From the NCBI RefSeq assembly GCF_009914755.1, contig NC_060936.1: a stretch of DNA of 64,000 nucleotides; one strand, 5' to 3'. Below, in pieces: positions 42,957-57,102 of the stretch (within the stretch, counting starts at the first letter, position 1; each line of letters opens with the position of its first letter). The notes beneath the pieces were generated by a model. That model ran no database searches and was not told where the DNA came from. It saw nothing but the letters and a program-made list of their open reading frames with translations. The DNA comes from the human T2T-CHM13v2.0 reference genome, Homo sapiens. Position numbers and translations under genes: made by a program.

Positions 42957-43740
42957 TGTATCAGTTAGCAGTTGCTGAATAACAAACTACCCCAAAATGT
43001 AGTGGCTTAAAACAACAACTCTTTATTATTATTCACTAGTCTATTGGGAATAGACAGTTGATAGAACTCTAAGATAAACAGACCCGCCCAGTAGACTAGG
43101 GAATAATAATAAAGAGTTTTTGTTTGTTCTTTGAGATGGAGTTTCGCTCTTGTTGCCCAGGGTTGGGATTACAGGCGCCTGCCATCATGCCCGGCTAATT
43201 TTTGTATTTTTAGTAGAGATGGGGTTTCGCCTTATTGGCCAGGCTGCTCTGGAACTCCTGACCTCATGATCCGCCTGCCTCGGTCTCCCAAAGTGCTGGG
43301 ATTACAGGCGTGAGCCACTGTGCCCGGCCAAGAGTTGTTGTTTTAAGGGCTGTGCTTTACTAATTTAGCTGGGGTTGTTCATGTGTTTTCTGTTATCTGG
43401 TTGAGGAAGGTTGCTCCTGGCATGAATTTACTCCACTCTAAGTAGTCTCTCTCTCATCTTCCAGTTGGCTTAGCCCAGACAGTTTCTCAGGGTTGAGGCA
43501 GAAATCCAAAGACGAGAAAACTGAAGCACATGAGTTCTCTTGTGGTCTGGCTTCAAATTGATGTCATCATTTCTGCTATATTCTGTTAGCCAGAGCAAGT
43601 CACAAAGCCAGCCAGGTTTAAGAGGTGAGGAAATAGACTCTACCAGCTGATAGGAAGAACTGCAAGTCACGTTGCAATGAGCATGGATAAACGGGGTGGG
43701 TAGAGAATAGGAGCCATATTTATGATCAATCTATCATGGT
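42957..43740 (-). mobile_element. Old MLT1 LTR, rearranged and Alu-interrupted
   Basis: TGTATCAGTTAG...AACAAACTACCCCAAAATGTAGTGGCTTAAAACAACAA start; GCAAGTCACAAAGCCAGCC internal motif. Confidence 0.7.
43127..43329 (-). mobile_element. Alu (AluS) with ~90-nt internal deletion in the right arm
   Basis: TTGCCCAGG joins directly to GTTGGGATTACAGG. TSD at 43112-43126 / 43330-43344, with a TTTT/AA endonuclease site. Confidence 0.92.
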
Positions 43741-44989
43741 CTGTAACTGTGAAATCATGAAGTGAATAGAGTTTGTCTTTGGTAAGTCACTTTTCAGTTT
43801 TTAAATAGTATATGTTAGTGGAAAGATTGGTGGATTTGGGGTCAAGGACCCAGGGTCAAGTCTTAGCTCTGCTTTTTTATTTGGCAAATCATTTTGCTCT
43901 CTAAGCATGAATTTGTTTGTCTTTAAAATGGGGTGATGACATTTATCTACCTGTCTTCTAATTTTTTTTGACATGTAAACTCTCATGTTTAAAAAGTAAG
44001 GTGAAAAAGACTCTCCTTCTTAGCTATTCAGAGCCTTTATGCTGGCTCTTGGCTGCTGAAGCTCCATCCACCACCACCACCACCATCTTGTCTCATCCCA
44101 TGCAAATATCTCCTGTTCCCCTTAGGTTTGCTTCCCCAGTCTCTTCTCCCACCCTGATCTGGACTTTCCTCAATTCTCACTTTATTTCCCTGTCAAATGT
44201 GAACTCTCTTAATTGTTTTTCTTGCTTTAAAATTGTGTAGCTAATTTGATAAATGACTTCAACCAAAAATGATATTGTTTCTAGATAAAACTGGTATTTT
44301 TGCATCAGCCTACTGAGGAAATCAGCTATGTCCATGCTTCTGTTAAGCTGCCCTAGATTTGCAAAGCACTTTACATGTGCCTCTTCAATAGTTATCACCA
44401 TCTCTGGAGCCCTGATAAGGGCTTTAGATACATTTTCCTCATAATCTTGACCAAAAGTTAAGAGCCTCAGCCCTGCCACTGACTAGCATTGTGATTTTAG
44501 GGGTGTCACCTCCATTTACACTTATTTTTTTCTTACCTCTAAACAGGGAAAATTTGATAAATTGATCTCGAGAGGCCCCTCAAACACTTGAATTTATGAC
44601 ATTCTAGAATATTTACAAAATAAAACATGGAGAATCCAGTATTGTTTTGAATATTTCTTTATTTTGTAGTTTAGCAAGTCAAGTATTCTGTAGCCAATGA
44701 TGTCTTAGAAAAGAGGTAATTATGATCATAATTAAAATAACAAATATAAGTAATCCTAAATCCCTTCTTGGCAAGAGGTTGTTTTTTATAAAAATCATCT
44801 CATCTCTGTTTTGCTGTTCTGATATCATTTGAAGAGTTTTCATTCTGTGATCAATGGTAATATCTGATATGAGAAATATTATTTATATAGTAGAATGGAT
44901 GATAGCAAGAGAAAAAGTGAGAAAGGAATGAGAGAAGGGAAGAAGCTAACACTAACTCAACTCTTATTCTGTGCATAGTAAGAAATGAT

Positions 44990-45435
44990 TACAGAAACAT
45001 GACCCTTGGCAGAGATTGCTAGGTATTCTCCAAATTCTGGGTTCCTTTCTTCTGGGCACTCGGGCAGGTTATATCTCTCAGCTTCTTGCAGATGGCTGTG
45101 TCTCTGTGCCTGAGTACCAGCTGATGGAATGTGAGTGGAAGTCGTGTCCCATCTCCTGGTCTGACTTCCAAAAGCCTCTCAAATATGCTCCTTCCCCTTT
45201 TCCCTGCTTCCAGCTTCCCTGGGTGAAAATGATGCCTAGGTGATCTTGAAAGTCCTGTGTTGATGACCGCAGAACTGCCGTCAACCTGTTCCCCTGAAGC
45301 AGAGGCATGCTGCTGATGAGGTATGCCTACCTTGCCCTACAAGGTGAGCGAGAAGAAAACCTGCATAGTGTTTGAACCATTATGCACTTTGCAGTCCATT
45401 TGTTACAGGAGTTTAACATACTCCAATTAATATAC
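44990..45435 (+). mobile_element. Old MLT1 LTR
   Basis: MLT1-type 3' end (...CCATTTGTTACAGGAG...AATTAATATA). Boundaries approximate. Confidence 0.5.
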
Positions 45436-45835
45436 AACATTAATCTTCAAATCATTCCTATGAGGTAGATAGTACTTACCTTTATTTTTACAGAGGAAAA
45501 ACTGAGGCCCCAAATGAGATGGGAACTTTCTCAGGTTATACAAGTGGCAAAGCAAGATTCAAACTGGGGTCACAACTCCCCTCATACCGCAAACATTTCT
45601 TTCATGCATCAAGAGACTACCAGAATTTTAATGTAGAAATTTTCATCATATTTCTACATGTTGGGCAAAGATGTTGAAAGATAGTAATTCCCACATCATT
45701 CTGTGTCCAATATGAGCTAGAGGCAATGTGCCACAATGGCGTTAGGTTCTGACAGAATCTAGGCAAGTCATTTAACTTCTAAGGGCCTGAGCTTTCCAAT
45801 CCAGATAATTAAAGTAAAAATTAAGATAGAAAACT

Positions 45836-46222
<387 letters not shown>

Positions 46223-46603
46223 TCAATCTTAAAAAGTTGTCCCATTCTGAGGCATAAAAACCTTCAAAAAGTGGGGTTGAGTATTAAAATAAATAATGCA
46301 TGTTAAGCACTCGCATAGTGCCTAGCATATAATAGGTGCTCAATACAATCATAATCTTTTAAATAAGGCAAAATTGGCCCTTATGAGCACAGTGTTTGTG
46401 TACTATGTTCAGAGTTGCTCAAGCATTCTGGATTTCCTTTTCTTGCATTTCTCTATTGGGATGGGATTTGCCTTATGATTAGCATAAGTTATAAGCATCT
46501 TGGTCTGTTCTTCAGGAAAAGGAGGTAATTTGGGCTGCAGGCATGTTCTCATTGGAGAAAATGAGGGCAGTTAATGGTTAGTGTTCAAGAACAACAAAGC
46601 TCT

Positions 46604-46624
46604 TTCAGTTGCTTAGCAACTGAA
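46604..46624. promoter_or_regulatory. Palindromic RFX X-box candidate
   Basis: GTTGCT-T-AGCAAC (46608-46620) inside a 21-bp palindrome. Motif evidence only. Confidence 0.45.
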
Positions 46625-47854
46625 GCTAAGGGGTGGGCAGACACTGTGTGAACAGTGGGGAAGAGAGAAGCAGGGAGGAGTGTAAAAATGAATTTAACGT
46701 CCGGCTCATTCCCAGGTGGGTGAAAAGTGATTTATGTAGCTCTGGTATTTATAGCTATTTATTTGTTACATGACTGGAAATTTTAATGAAATATTTTGAA
46801 ATTCAGCAGTGGTAAGTCACAGTGGACATTTATTGCTCTAATGCAAGGGAAATGTAAACTGTTTATTTAACACGTTGATTGCAAATGAAATATAGAAATG
46901 GTTTAGAAGTCTTCTAGCTTTGGAAATCCGTCAGGCTGCACAGACACTACTGCCACCGTGTGGACAATGCGGGGAGCCTAGCGGGAGCTGAGGGATGGGT
47001 ATAAGAAGCTCTATCTCTGAGACCTTCCGATGGTTTTGCTCACGTGCCCCTGAAAATAATTTTGAAAACTTATGGCACATTTTTAAGTTGATATGTAAAC
47101 ATTTTAATTATAAGTTTAAATGGTTGTAAATAATATAATCTCTTATGGTTCATGAATATTGACATTTCAAAATAAAATTGCTATATTTCTCCTTTAAATG
47201 TATAGAAGGGAATTTAAATACCAGTGGGATTTGATATTCACCATCAGCTATTTTTAAATTACACAAAAAAGCTTTTATAAATGAGTAATTTTCACATAAT
47301 TCCTTTTCCTCCTTGGTCTTATATTTGAATTCCATTTCCCCAATAGACTTAAATTCTGTTTTACACACATTTATGTTTTAATATATAATGCTACATTTAA
47401 TATTATGTATATATAAAACACTATATATATTTCTCTATAACAAAAATAAATATAAATTAAAAGTTAAGTTATAATTTTTTCTGTTGACCACAAGGCTTTA
47501 GTTATCTACATTTTTAAGTATACAACTGATTGAAACACAAATGTTAAAATATTTATTGAAAATAATTTTATTTACTTTATTTAAATTTATTTAAAATAAT
47601 TATTAAACATTAAAAAGTAATTAATACTTGAGATATATGAGGCTTTAAAAATTAGTTTACATATCCATGATGAATATTATTGCTAGAATGAGACAAGGGT
47701 CAGCATCGATACTATTCATATTTATCATTTTTCTCTAGTTGTAAGCCTCAAGAAACTTCAGTCACAGAAATAAGTATGGAAGAAATTTTATTAGGCAGCA
47801 TTAACTGAATTTTTAGAACAATTTCCAAGTTATTTGCCCTAAATGATGTATACT

Positions 47855-48218
47855 TTTTTAAAAAATTTATTTTATTTTTGAGACAGAGTCTCGCTCTGTC
47901 GCCCAGGCTGGAGTGCAGTGGCGTGATCTCAGCTCACTGCACCTCCACCTCCCGGGTTCAAGCAATTCTCCTGCCTCAGCCTCTTGAATATCTGGGATTA
48001 CAGGTGCCCACCACCAAGCGTGGCTAATTTTTGTATTTTTAGTAGAGATGAGATTTCGCCATTTTGGCCAGGCTGGTCTCGAACTCCTGACCTCAGGTGA
48101 TCTTTTTTAGTAGAGATGAGATTTCACCATTTTGGCCAGGCTGGTCTCGAACTCCTGACCTCAGGTGATCTGCCTCCCAAAGTGCTGGGATTGTAAGCGA
48201 GAGCCACTGTGCCCAGCC
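47855..48218 (-). mobile_element. Alu (AluS) with 68-bp internal tandem duplication
   Basis: 48036-48103 is repeated at 48104-48171. Confidence 0.95.
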
Positions 48219-49401
48219 GACTTATACTTTAAATAATTTTCTTTTTTTAATGACCAGTAGACACATTGATTAGGTTTTGCTTCAAGGTTGTTGACAGCCA
48301 AGGAATCGGAAACTACAGGACCTGCAGCAGGATTTGGTGCCCAGTCATCAGAATAATTTACTCTTTCAGCACAGACAATATTTCAAATCATCCCTGTGAT
48401 GGATGTTCTAGAGGTTTCTATACCCCAGACAGGGAATGTTTGTAACCTTCAATTGCATGGGAGGTAAGCTCTTCTTTTGCAATGAGAGGGAAAATTTAGA
48501 GAAAGGGGCAATGGGAACAGAGAACTAGCTTAACAGTTGACCAGAGATTACCTAGGCAAATATATTTTAGAGATGCACCCAGATGGAATTTGAAGATATA
48601 AATAAATTAATCCCCTTAAAATTATCTGTATAGATCTATCCTTTGAAAAGTCTTTCCACACTGATGCTGAAATCACTGGTTTATCCCAAAAGCTTCTCTA
48701 TAAGGAAGCGTTTCATAAGGCTGATGCCAAAATGAGCTGCCATGGTAGGGGTCGAGGGGGCATAGTTAAGGTTTCAGTGTTGGATTCACTGAGTTTAAGT
48801 CACTATTATTTTGCTAGAATAACTTCTGCACTAAAAAAACCCCGAAAAAAACCAAACCAACAACAAAAGATGGTGTTGGGAAATGTTAGCAATGATTTTG
48901 AAAGCTCTGACTTTCTAAAATCCCATGTTGGCCATGCTGTGTTGGTCCCCTCAGTTATTATTATTATTAAATTATGCCAGTCAGGATAGCCTAAATTAGG
49001 TCGAGGTAGCAAACAACCCCAAAACTCAACAACTTGAAGACAAGTCCTTGTTCATTGCAGATTGGCTACAGCTCTGCTTCTTGCCCAAGACAGTAACAGA
49101 GCAGCCCATTTGGAGCATCTGGTTTCTTGGCAGAGAGAGAAACAAGATCTTGTAAACCATGAGCAGTCTTTCAAAACTTCTGTTTCAGGAGAACACACAT
49201 CATTTCCATCTAGTTTCTTTAGAAAAAGTAAGTTCATGGCCACTCTTGAGTTCAACATGGTAAGGATGTACACACTTCCTCCAGGAAGAGATCACAGGTC
49301 TTCAAGCCAATGTAATAACTTATCACAAAAATCCAAAATCTAGGAACTGTTGATAACCATAGTAAACAGATGGTTATCATTTTCTAAAATTGTTAAAAAT
49401 A

Positions 49402-49902
49402 CAGTTGACCCTAGAACAACATGGGTTTGAACTGTGTGGGTCCACTTACACGGGACTTTTTTTCAAAACAGTTACACCCAGCAAGACTGCTTCTCCTGCC
49501 TCCCCTTCCACCTTCTCCACTTCTTCTGCCTTTTCCACCCCTGAGACAGCAAGACCAACCCTTCTCCTTCCTCTTCCTCAGCCTACTCAATGTGAAGATG
49601 ATGAGGATGAAGATCTTTATGATGATCCAGTTTCATTTAATGAATAGTAAATACATTTTTTCTTCTTCATAGTTTTCTTAATGACATTTTCTTTTCTCTA
49701 GCTTACTTTATCATAGGAATACAGTATATAATGCATACAACATGCAGAATATGTGTTAATCAACTGTTTATGTTATTGGTAAGGCCTCTGGTCAACAGTA
49801 GACTATTAGTAGTTAAGTTTTGGGGAAGTCAAAAGTTATATTTAGATTTTCGACTACATGCAGGTCACAGTCCCCACCCCTTCATTGTTTAAGGGTCAAC
49901 TG
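49402..49902. mobile_element. Tigger2-derived non-autonomous element
   Basis: TIRs CAGTTGACCCTAGAACAA / TTGTTTAAGGGTCAACTG with TA TSD; acidic EDDEDEDLYDDP remnant typical of Tigger2. Confidence 0.85.
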
Positions 49903-50329
49903 TATTCATTTTAATTTTACAACTTATTCCATCATACAGAAAAATACAGAGATCAATACAAAAAAGACATGAGAATTTATATCCCAAAATTACCAACTGT
50001 TAACCTTTGCTATATTTACAGCTTTTTCCACTCAGCAGTATATATTTTAGACATATCCATGTTGTTACATATAGATCTAGCTATTTCAGTTAAACTATTT
50101 AGTAGTAGTACATTATGGAAAGAGATCACAGTTTATTTATCCCTGTTGTTGGAACTTCAGTTTGTTTATATCTTTTGATTGTTACAAACAATGGCACAAT
50201 AAACACTGTTATACCTGTCTCTCTGTGTACAAGAGTTTCTCTAAGATTTATGCCAACAACATAATTGAAAGGCTTCACAGAGTGGCCTTGTAGGGTTTAA
50301 AAAGCTAATTGCTTTTCAAGTTGCAGCTT

Positions 50330-50640
50330 TAGAAATGGCGGCTCCAAGGGGGCAGACTTCACAGGAAATGAAACTGTGGCTTAGTCCCACCCTAGACGAT
50401 TTTCTTGGCAGAAAGAAGCCAAGACAGCCTCATGAGCCTCTCCCGGGCCCCTGGGCGGTGAGTAAGGAAGGCAGTAGAAAGCTTTCGTAAGGGCTGTGAG
50501 TGCCATGGTAACATTGAACTGAGAGCCAGCTGACCTAGAGTGGCCTTGCCTTCCAATGAGGGGGGCCGAGCAAGGCCCGGCCAGGTATTCCAGGGAGTGG
50601 ATTTGGCGCCCAAGGAAGTTGCCGTGACATCAAAAGGGAC
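50330..50640. promoter_or_regulatory. Candidate cis-regulatory element (YY1, CTCF-like, E2F, ETS motifs)
   Basis: Locally GC/CpG-richer non-repeat segment; AAATGGCGGC 50333-50342, CTCCAAGGGGGCAG 50342-50355, TTTGGCGC 50602-50609, GGAAGT 50614-50619. Motif evidence only. Confidence 0.4.
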
Positions 50641-50779
50641 AACTGGGGCCAAAGAGCAGAAGGGAAAATGTACATCTTAGCTGATGACAATTTGAACAGG
50701 TAAGGACTGAGAACCAGTCTACCCTTGCTCATGGCTTGATGTGTGACTGTAGGAAGCGGGTTCAGGGCTGTAGCGAAAT

Positions 50780-51262
50780 TGCTGTTGCTAGCTAGCATCT
50801 GTTTTATGCCTTTTCCATTCTAACAGAACCTGATTTTTGGTCAAGTGTTACCCTCCTCCTCCCCCAGCTTCCAGGAGCCCGTGTGCTTCAGTTCCAGGGT
50901 AGGTCGACATGGAATAAAGATAATCCTATCTGGACCTAACTTGGTGTAGAAACGGGTACGGAACCCAGTTTGGACCAATAACAATTGAGGAGATACTTAC
51001 TGGGGAACTCTGAGAAAGTTCTTACCCCTCTGGAAGAACTTTGATAAGTTGTTTTCTTCTCTTCCTTTGAAGAGAAGGCTGCAGCCTGTGGATTAAACTT
51101 ACATATGGAGCAAAGCGGAACCAAATGAACTGGAGCGAAAACGAGCTGGAGTCCTTGTCCTACCTCTGTGCTTTTAGTGATGTAAGCCAACAAGGCCCCT
51201 TATTGTTAAGCCTGTTTGAATTATGTTTTCAAATACTTGCCACTAAAAGTACTTCAACTGCC
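50780..51262 (+). mobile_element. Old MLT1 LTR fragment
   Basis: CTAACAGAACCTGATTTT...TTGTTAAGCC...ACTTGCCACTAAAAG, MLT1-like. Confidence 0.5.
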
Positions 51263-51389
51263 TCTAGAGAGTTTCAGGGAGTTGTGTGTAGAGTGGAGGC
51301 TGAATTGAATGAGACTAATTTCTGCCAGAAGGTAGAATGAGGGCTTAAAATAGAAATTAATTTCAATCCCAGAAATATATATATATATA

Positions 51390-52500
<1,111 letters not shown>

Positions 52501-54200
52501 TATGCATGCATGCATGCTTTTGCAGCAATCACTTGGCTTAAAACGCCTCCCACCCAGCAATCTAATAGGCATCTTTCAAGACCAGTTCAAATGTGAAGAT
52601 TGCTTTGCACACTTTCAGTATGCATGACTGTTTTTATGGTCTTGCATTACTATGTAAAGAGAGGATTGTCTGCATAATAAAATTACAACTTCCTGCACAT
52701 ACAAGTGTGTGGTCTGTAAAATTAATACAATCTGGGAATTGTATGGATCACCTATTTGATGGGTTTGTATGGACTACACCTATCACATTTGTTAAAACAA
52801 TTTGTCTTAGCTTGGTAAGTGGCATAGCATAGGGGTGAGGGTGCAGGACTGGGAAATTTGGAGTTTTGTGCTCTAGTCTCAGCTTTGTGGTTAAATTATT
52901 GTTTAATGCAGGGCAAGTTACTTAATTTCCTTGTTTCGATTTCCTCCTTGTAAAATAGGTGCACAAATAAGACAATTTTTAAAGTTCCATTGGGCATTAA
53001 GTTTCTAGATTTCTCTACCGTTATTAAAGAGAAAAAAAGAGGGTAGAATGCCCTCCCACCAAGGCTACTTCTGTTTGCATAGGAACCATGAATGTTTATT
53101 GAGTAAATAAATAATTAGCACGACTATGGTGCAATAGAGCTATGCATAAAATGTTTGATTTTGGTGAGAAGCTTCTGTTTATTGTACTATTTTCATGTTG
53201 CCATTGCATATTAAACTACAGCTACTCTAATAAGTCAAGGTGCACTATTGTGTATCCTTTTCAGCATGGTTGATTATTTGTTCATATACTAAGCCCAATG
53301 CTGGGCCCTAGATGAGAAAAACTTAATTCCTGCCTTGAAGGATCTCACAATGGGGTGAGGAAAACAACTTCTTCCTGAGGGATGGGCATTTGAAATGGGT
53401 TTGGGAAGATGCATATGAGGTAGCCTGACAGAGGAAGAGAAATGGGGATGTCAGGGTATGTTAGAAAAAGGGAATGGCTGGCACTAAGGCATGGATGAAT
53501 AAAATAATATGAAGAATGTGACCACCAAGAGTAGAGTGACAGGATGGGCAGAGGAGTGGGGAGAAGAAGGGAGTAGAGGTGGGAGATAGCACTGCAGGGT
53601 TCTGTGTAGAAATTAGAAAACACTCTAGGTATTTCTAACAGGAAGGTTTTAATACAGGGAATTAGGTGCTTACACAATTGTAGGAAGGGAGGGAAAGTGG
53701 AAGTTAAGGGGCTGCTGTGAAATGTTTTTGGATCATGCCACCGTGGCTGCTACTCAGAGGATGGGGAGAATGCTGCTGCTGCACGATGGCTGGGAACAGT
53801 GTAAAACCACTACCAGTGTCACAGCTGATACACAGTCCTGGACTAGACAGTAGAATAAAGTATGGCTGCTGCAAAAACGGAGCCTGCTGCAATTTGTGCA
53901 TGAAGTGCTTCTACTGTAAGGAAGCCTCAGCTTCCTTTCTATCTACCAAATCTTGCATAAGTCTATTTTACTAACAAAATCATTTGTAGCAAGGGAATGT
54001 GGGAAATGTAGTTGCCTGCCTTGTTGCCCCTGTGATTAAAAAAACTTAGAAAAGGAGTGAAAATCAATGCTGAGGGTCAATAGGCAATATCTTGCATAGC
54101 TGGCAGGCAAGTTGAGAGCCAGGGTAGACTCTGTAGGAACTGGAAAGGCATGCCTAAGAGGAAAACACTGCATGGCATGCCACTAAAGTTTAAATGCAGA

Positions 54201-54818
<618 letters not shown>

Positions 54819-55270
54819 CTAAAGTAAAACAAACCAACAAAAACAAGCAAAACAAACAAGCTAGGTACATGGAACCGTGCAATGAAAGAGCCCTGTAAGG
54901 TTTTTTAAAAACAATGTTTGTGCTAACTAATCCATCCCATATTCTTCCCCCCAGTTTTTTATTGAGTACACATTTTGTGGTGGGTATGGTGAATACAGAT
55001 ATAAATCACCTAGGGGCTCTGCCGTTAAGAAGCTAGTACTGTTTTTCTTTTCAGTGAAGAGTAAGTAATTTCAGGGTTTTTTAATGGGATTCTTTGCTTC
55101 TTGGAGTATCTTCTGCTGCTTGTAAGACAGTCTAAGAAAAAATGGTCTCATAATCAAACCAGTTTAAAAAAACACATTGTATGTATATTTCCTCTTATAA
55201 GCTTATGTCTCTAATCTTACAGTGAAAAAAAATAACTGTTTTACCAGTATTATCCATTTTTGATTCTTAC

Positions 55271-55344
55271 TATTAAGAATATTGAGTTAATATCTTAATA
55301 TTAAGAATACTGAGTTAATATCTTAATATTAAGAATACTGAGTT
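55271..55344. repeat. 28-bp tandem repeat x2.6
   Basis: Unit TATTAAGAATA(T/C)TGAGTTAATATCTTAA. Confidence 0.93.
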
Positions 55345-56100
55345 CTTCAGAGCACAGTTGGGGCAAGACTGGATGTTTCTATATTAACAGAAAAGACAGT
55401 CAAATTGGAGACTACCAGTGGGTTAGTTACAAAAAAAGGATTTTGATGTAAGAGTATGAAAATAAGAAAATAATTTTAGCTTTGGGTATGATTTATTAAT
55501 TTCAGAAGCATTTTCGAGTAGAAAAGGACATCAAATTAAACTGATTTTCACACTAAAAACAAGTTGATAGCTATCAAAAGTTACTCTGATAAGTGTGAAA
55601 TATGGAGTGCCATAACTGCAAATCCTGGACAATGGCAGCTTGTAACTATTGTAACAGGAGATTGAATGGCAAGTTTGGCTACAGCACCTAGTCACAGGAA
55701 ATGCTGCATTCCAAAGGTGTTGGACTCTGCAGAATTGATGGAGGAAGTTTTACAAAACTAGTGAACCAGGTATTGAATGCGTTCACCTACAAGTCTGTGA
55801 AAGGGTTGAAGGGATGGAAAAAGAAATGGATTTAGTGAGGATCTCTTTGAAGTTATGCTGTAATTCTTCACTTCTGCCACTTATGAGCCAATAAGGGGAG
55901 GTGTTCAGGGTGATGCTTCTCTCACACCTCTTTCGTGCAGTGAGAGGTATGCTCTGGTGTCTGACTCACCTGGGGGACCAAAGGGAGATGAGTGGGCCAG
56001 CAGCTTTGGCAGTGGAGGGAGAAGCCTGTGTGCTTGGCTGGGTTTTCTCTCCTAGAATCAAGGCAAAGAGCACTGGATGTGGCTGATGGGAGATAGGGCC

Positions 56101-56381
56101 TGTATTAGTCCATTCTCATGCTGCTGATAAATGAACCTGAGAATGGGTAATTTACAAAGAAAAAAGAGGTTTAATGGATTCATAGCTCCACGTGGCTGGG
56201 GAGGCCTCACAATCCATGGCAGAAGGCGAAAGGCATATCTTACATGGCAGCAGCCAGAGAGCGAATGAGAGCCAAGTGAAAGGGGTTTCCTCTTATAAAA
56301 CCATCAGATTTTATGAAACGTATTCTCTACCACGAGTACAGTATGGGGGAAACCACCCCCATGATTCAGTTAACCACATCA
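56101..56381 (-). mobile_element. Solo THE1 (MaLR) LTR with internal deletion
   Basis: TGTATTAGTCCATTCTCATGCTGCT...AACCACATCA termini; 5-bp TSD GGGCC (56096-56100, 56382-56386). Confidence 0.9.
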
Positions 56382-57096
56382 GGGCCAGACTAGGACCATT
56401 CAAAATCCTGCCCAAGGATCTGTGTGGAATGGACGGCAGGAGAACCAGCAGCAGAGAGAGAGCTGCAGCTGGAAGAATATGTATTACTTGCATCACAGTT
56501 CGGGCAAATGCTCCCAAGATGAGGCCTTCGAAGAATTCTCCACGTGAATCAGCTCAAACATCTCCAAGTGTCACCTCAGAATTTAGCAGGGGAGTCCGAC
56601 AACAGTGCAACATAGATCACTCTGGAGATATAAAGAGCTAGGGGGACATCAGATTAAGTCTTCTTGCAGGTCAATTTAAAAGTAAGGCTAACAATAGAAA
56701 TTGGCTCTCAATGAAAGGTGGGCATTAGCTAAAATGAGAAGCATTTGACTTAATGGATGCTACAAGAAGTTGAGGGGTGGTCTGCATTTACCTGTGATTC
56801 CTAGACTGGATAAACATCAGAATCATCTGGAAGCTCCAAACCTACAGAGATTGGGACTTAGTAGAAATCAGAAGCTCAGTTACACAGTACCTGAACCCCC
56901 GCAAGCTCCCATGTAATTCTGATGCACTAAGATTCAGCATTTAGCAACCACGGGGTGATCTCAGCAAAAAGATCTGACTTGTGTTTATGAGGGCCTGGTT
57001 GGCTATGTTGTAGCTGTTAATGGTTTTACTCAAAACAGTATGCAAAAAAAGCCTACCAAAAAATACAACCACCATCTCTTCTTAAATGAATTATTT

Positions 57097-57102
57097 TTTA
57101 TT
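57097..57102 (-). terminator. E2F7: Distal polyadenylation signal AATAAA of E2F7
   Basis: tttatt on the + strand, followed on the minus strand by a GU/U-rich element (TGGTTGTATTTTTTGGTAGGCTTTTTTTTG, ~57043-57072). Confidence 0.8.

Noticed and set aside
46538-46547. p53 half-site AGGCATGTTC (E2F7 is a p53 target)
   Set aside because: No adjacent second half-site; single decamers are common by chance.
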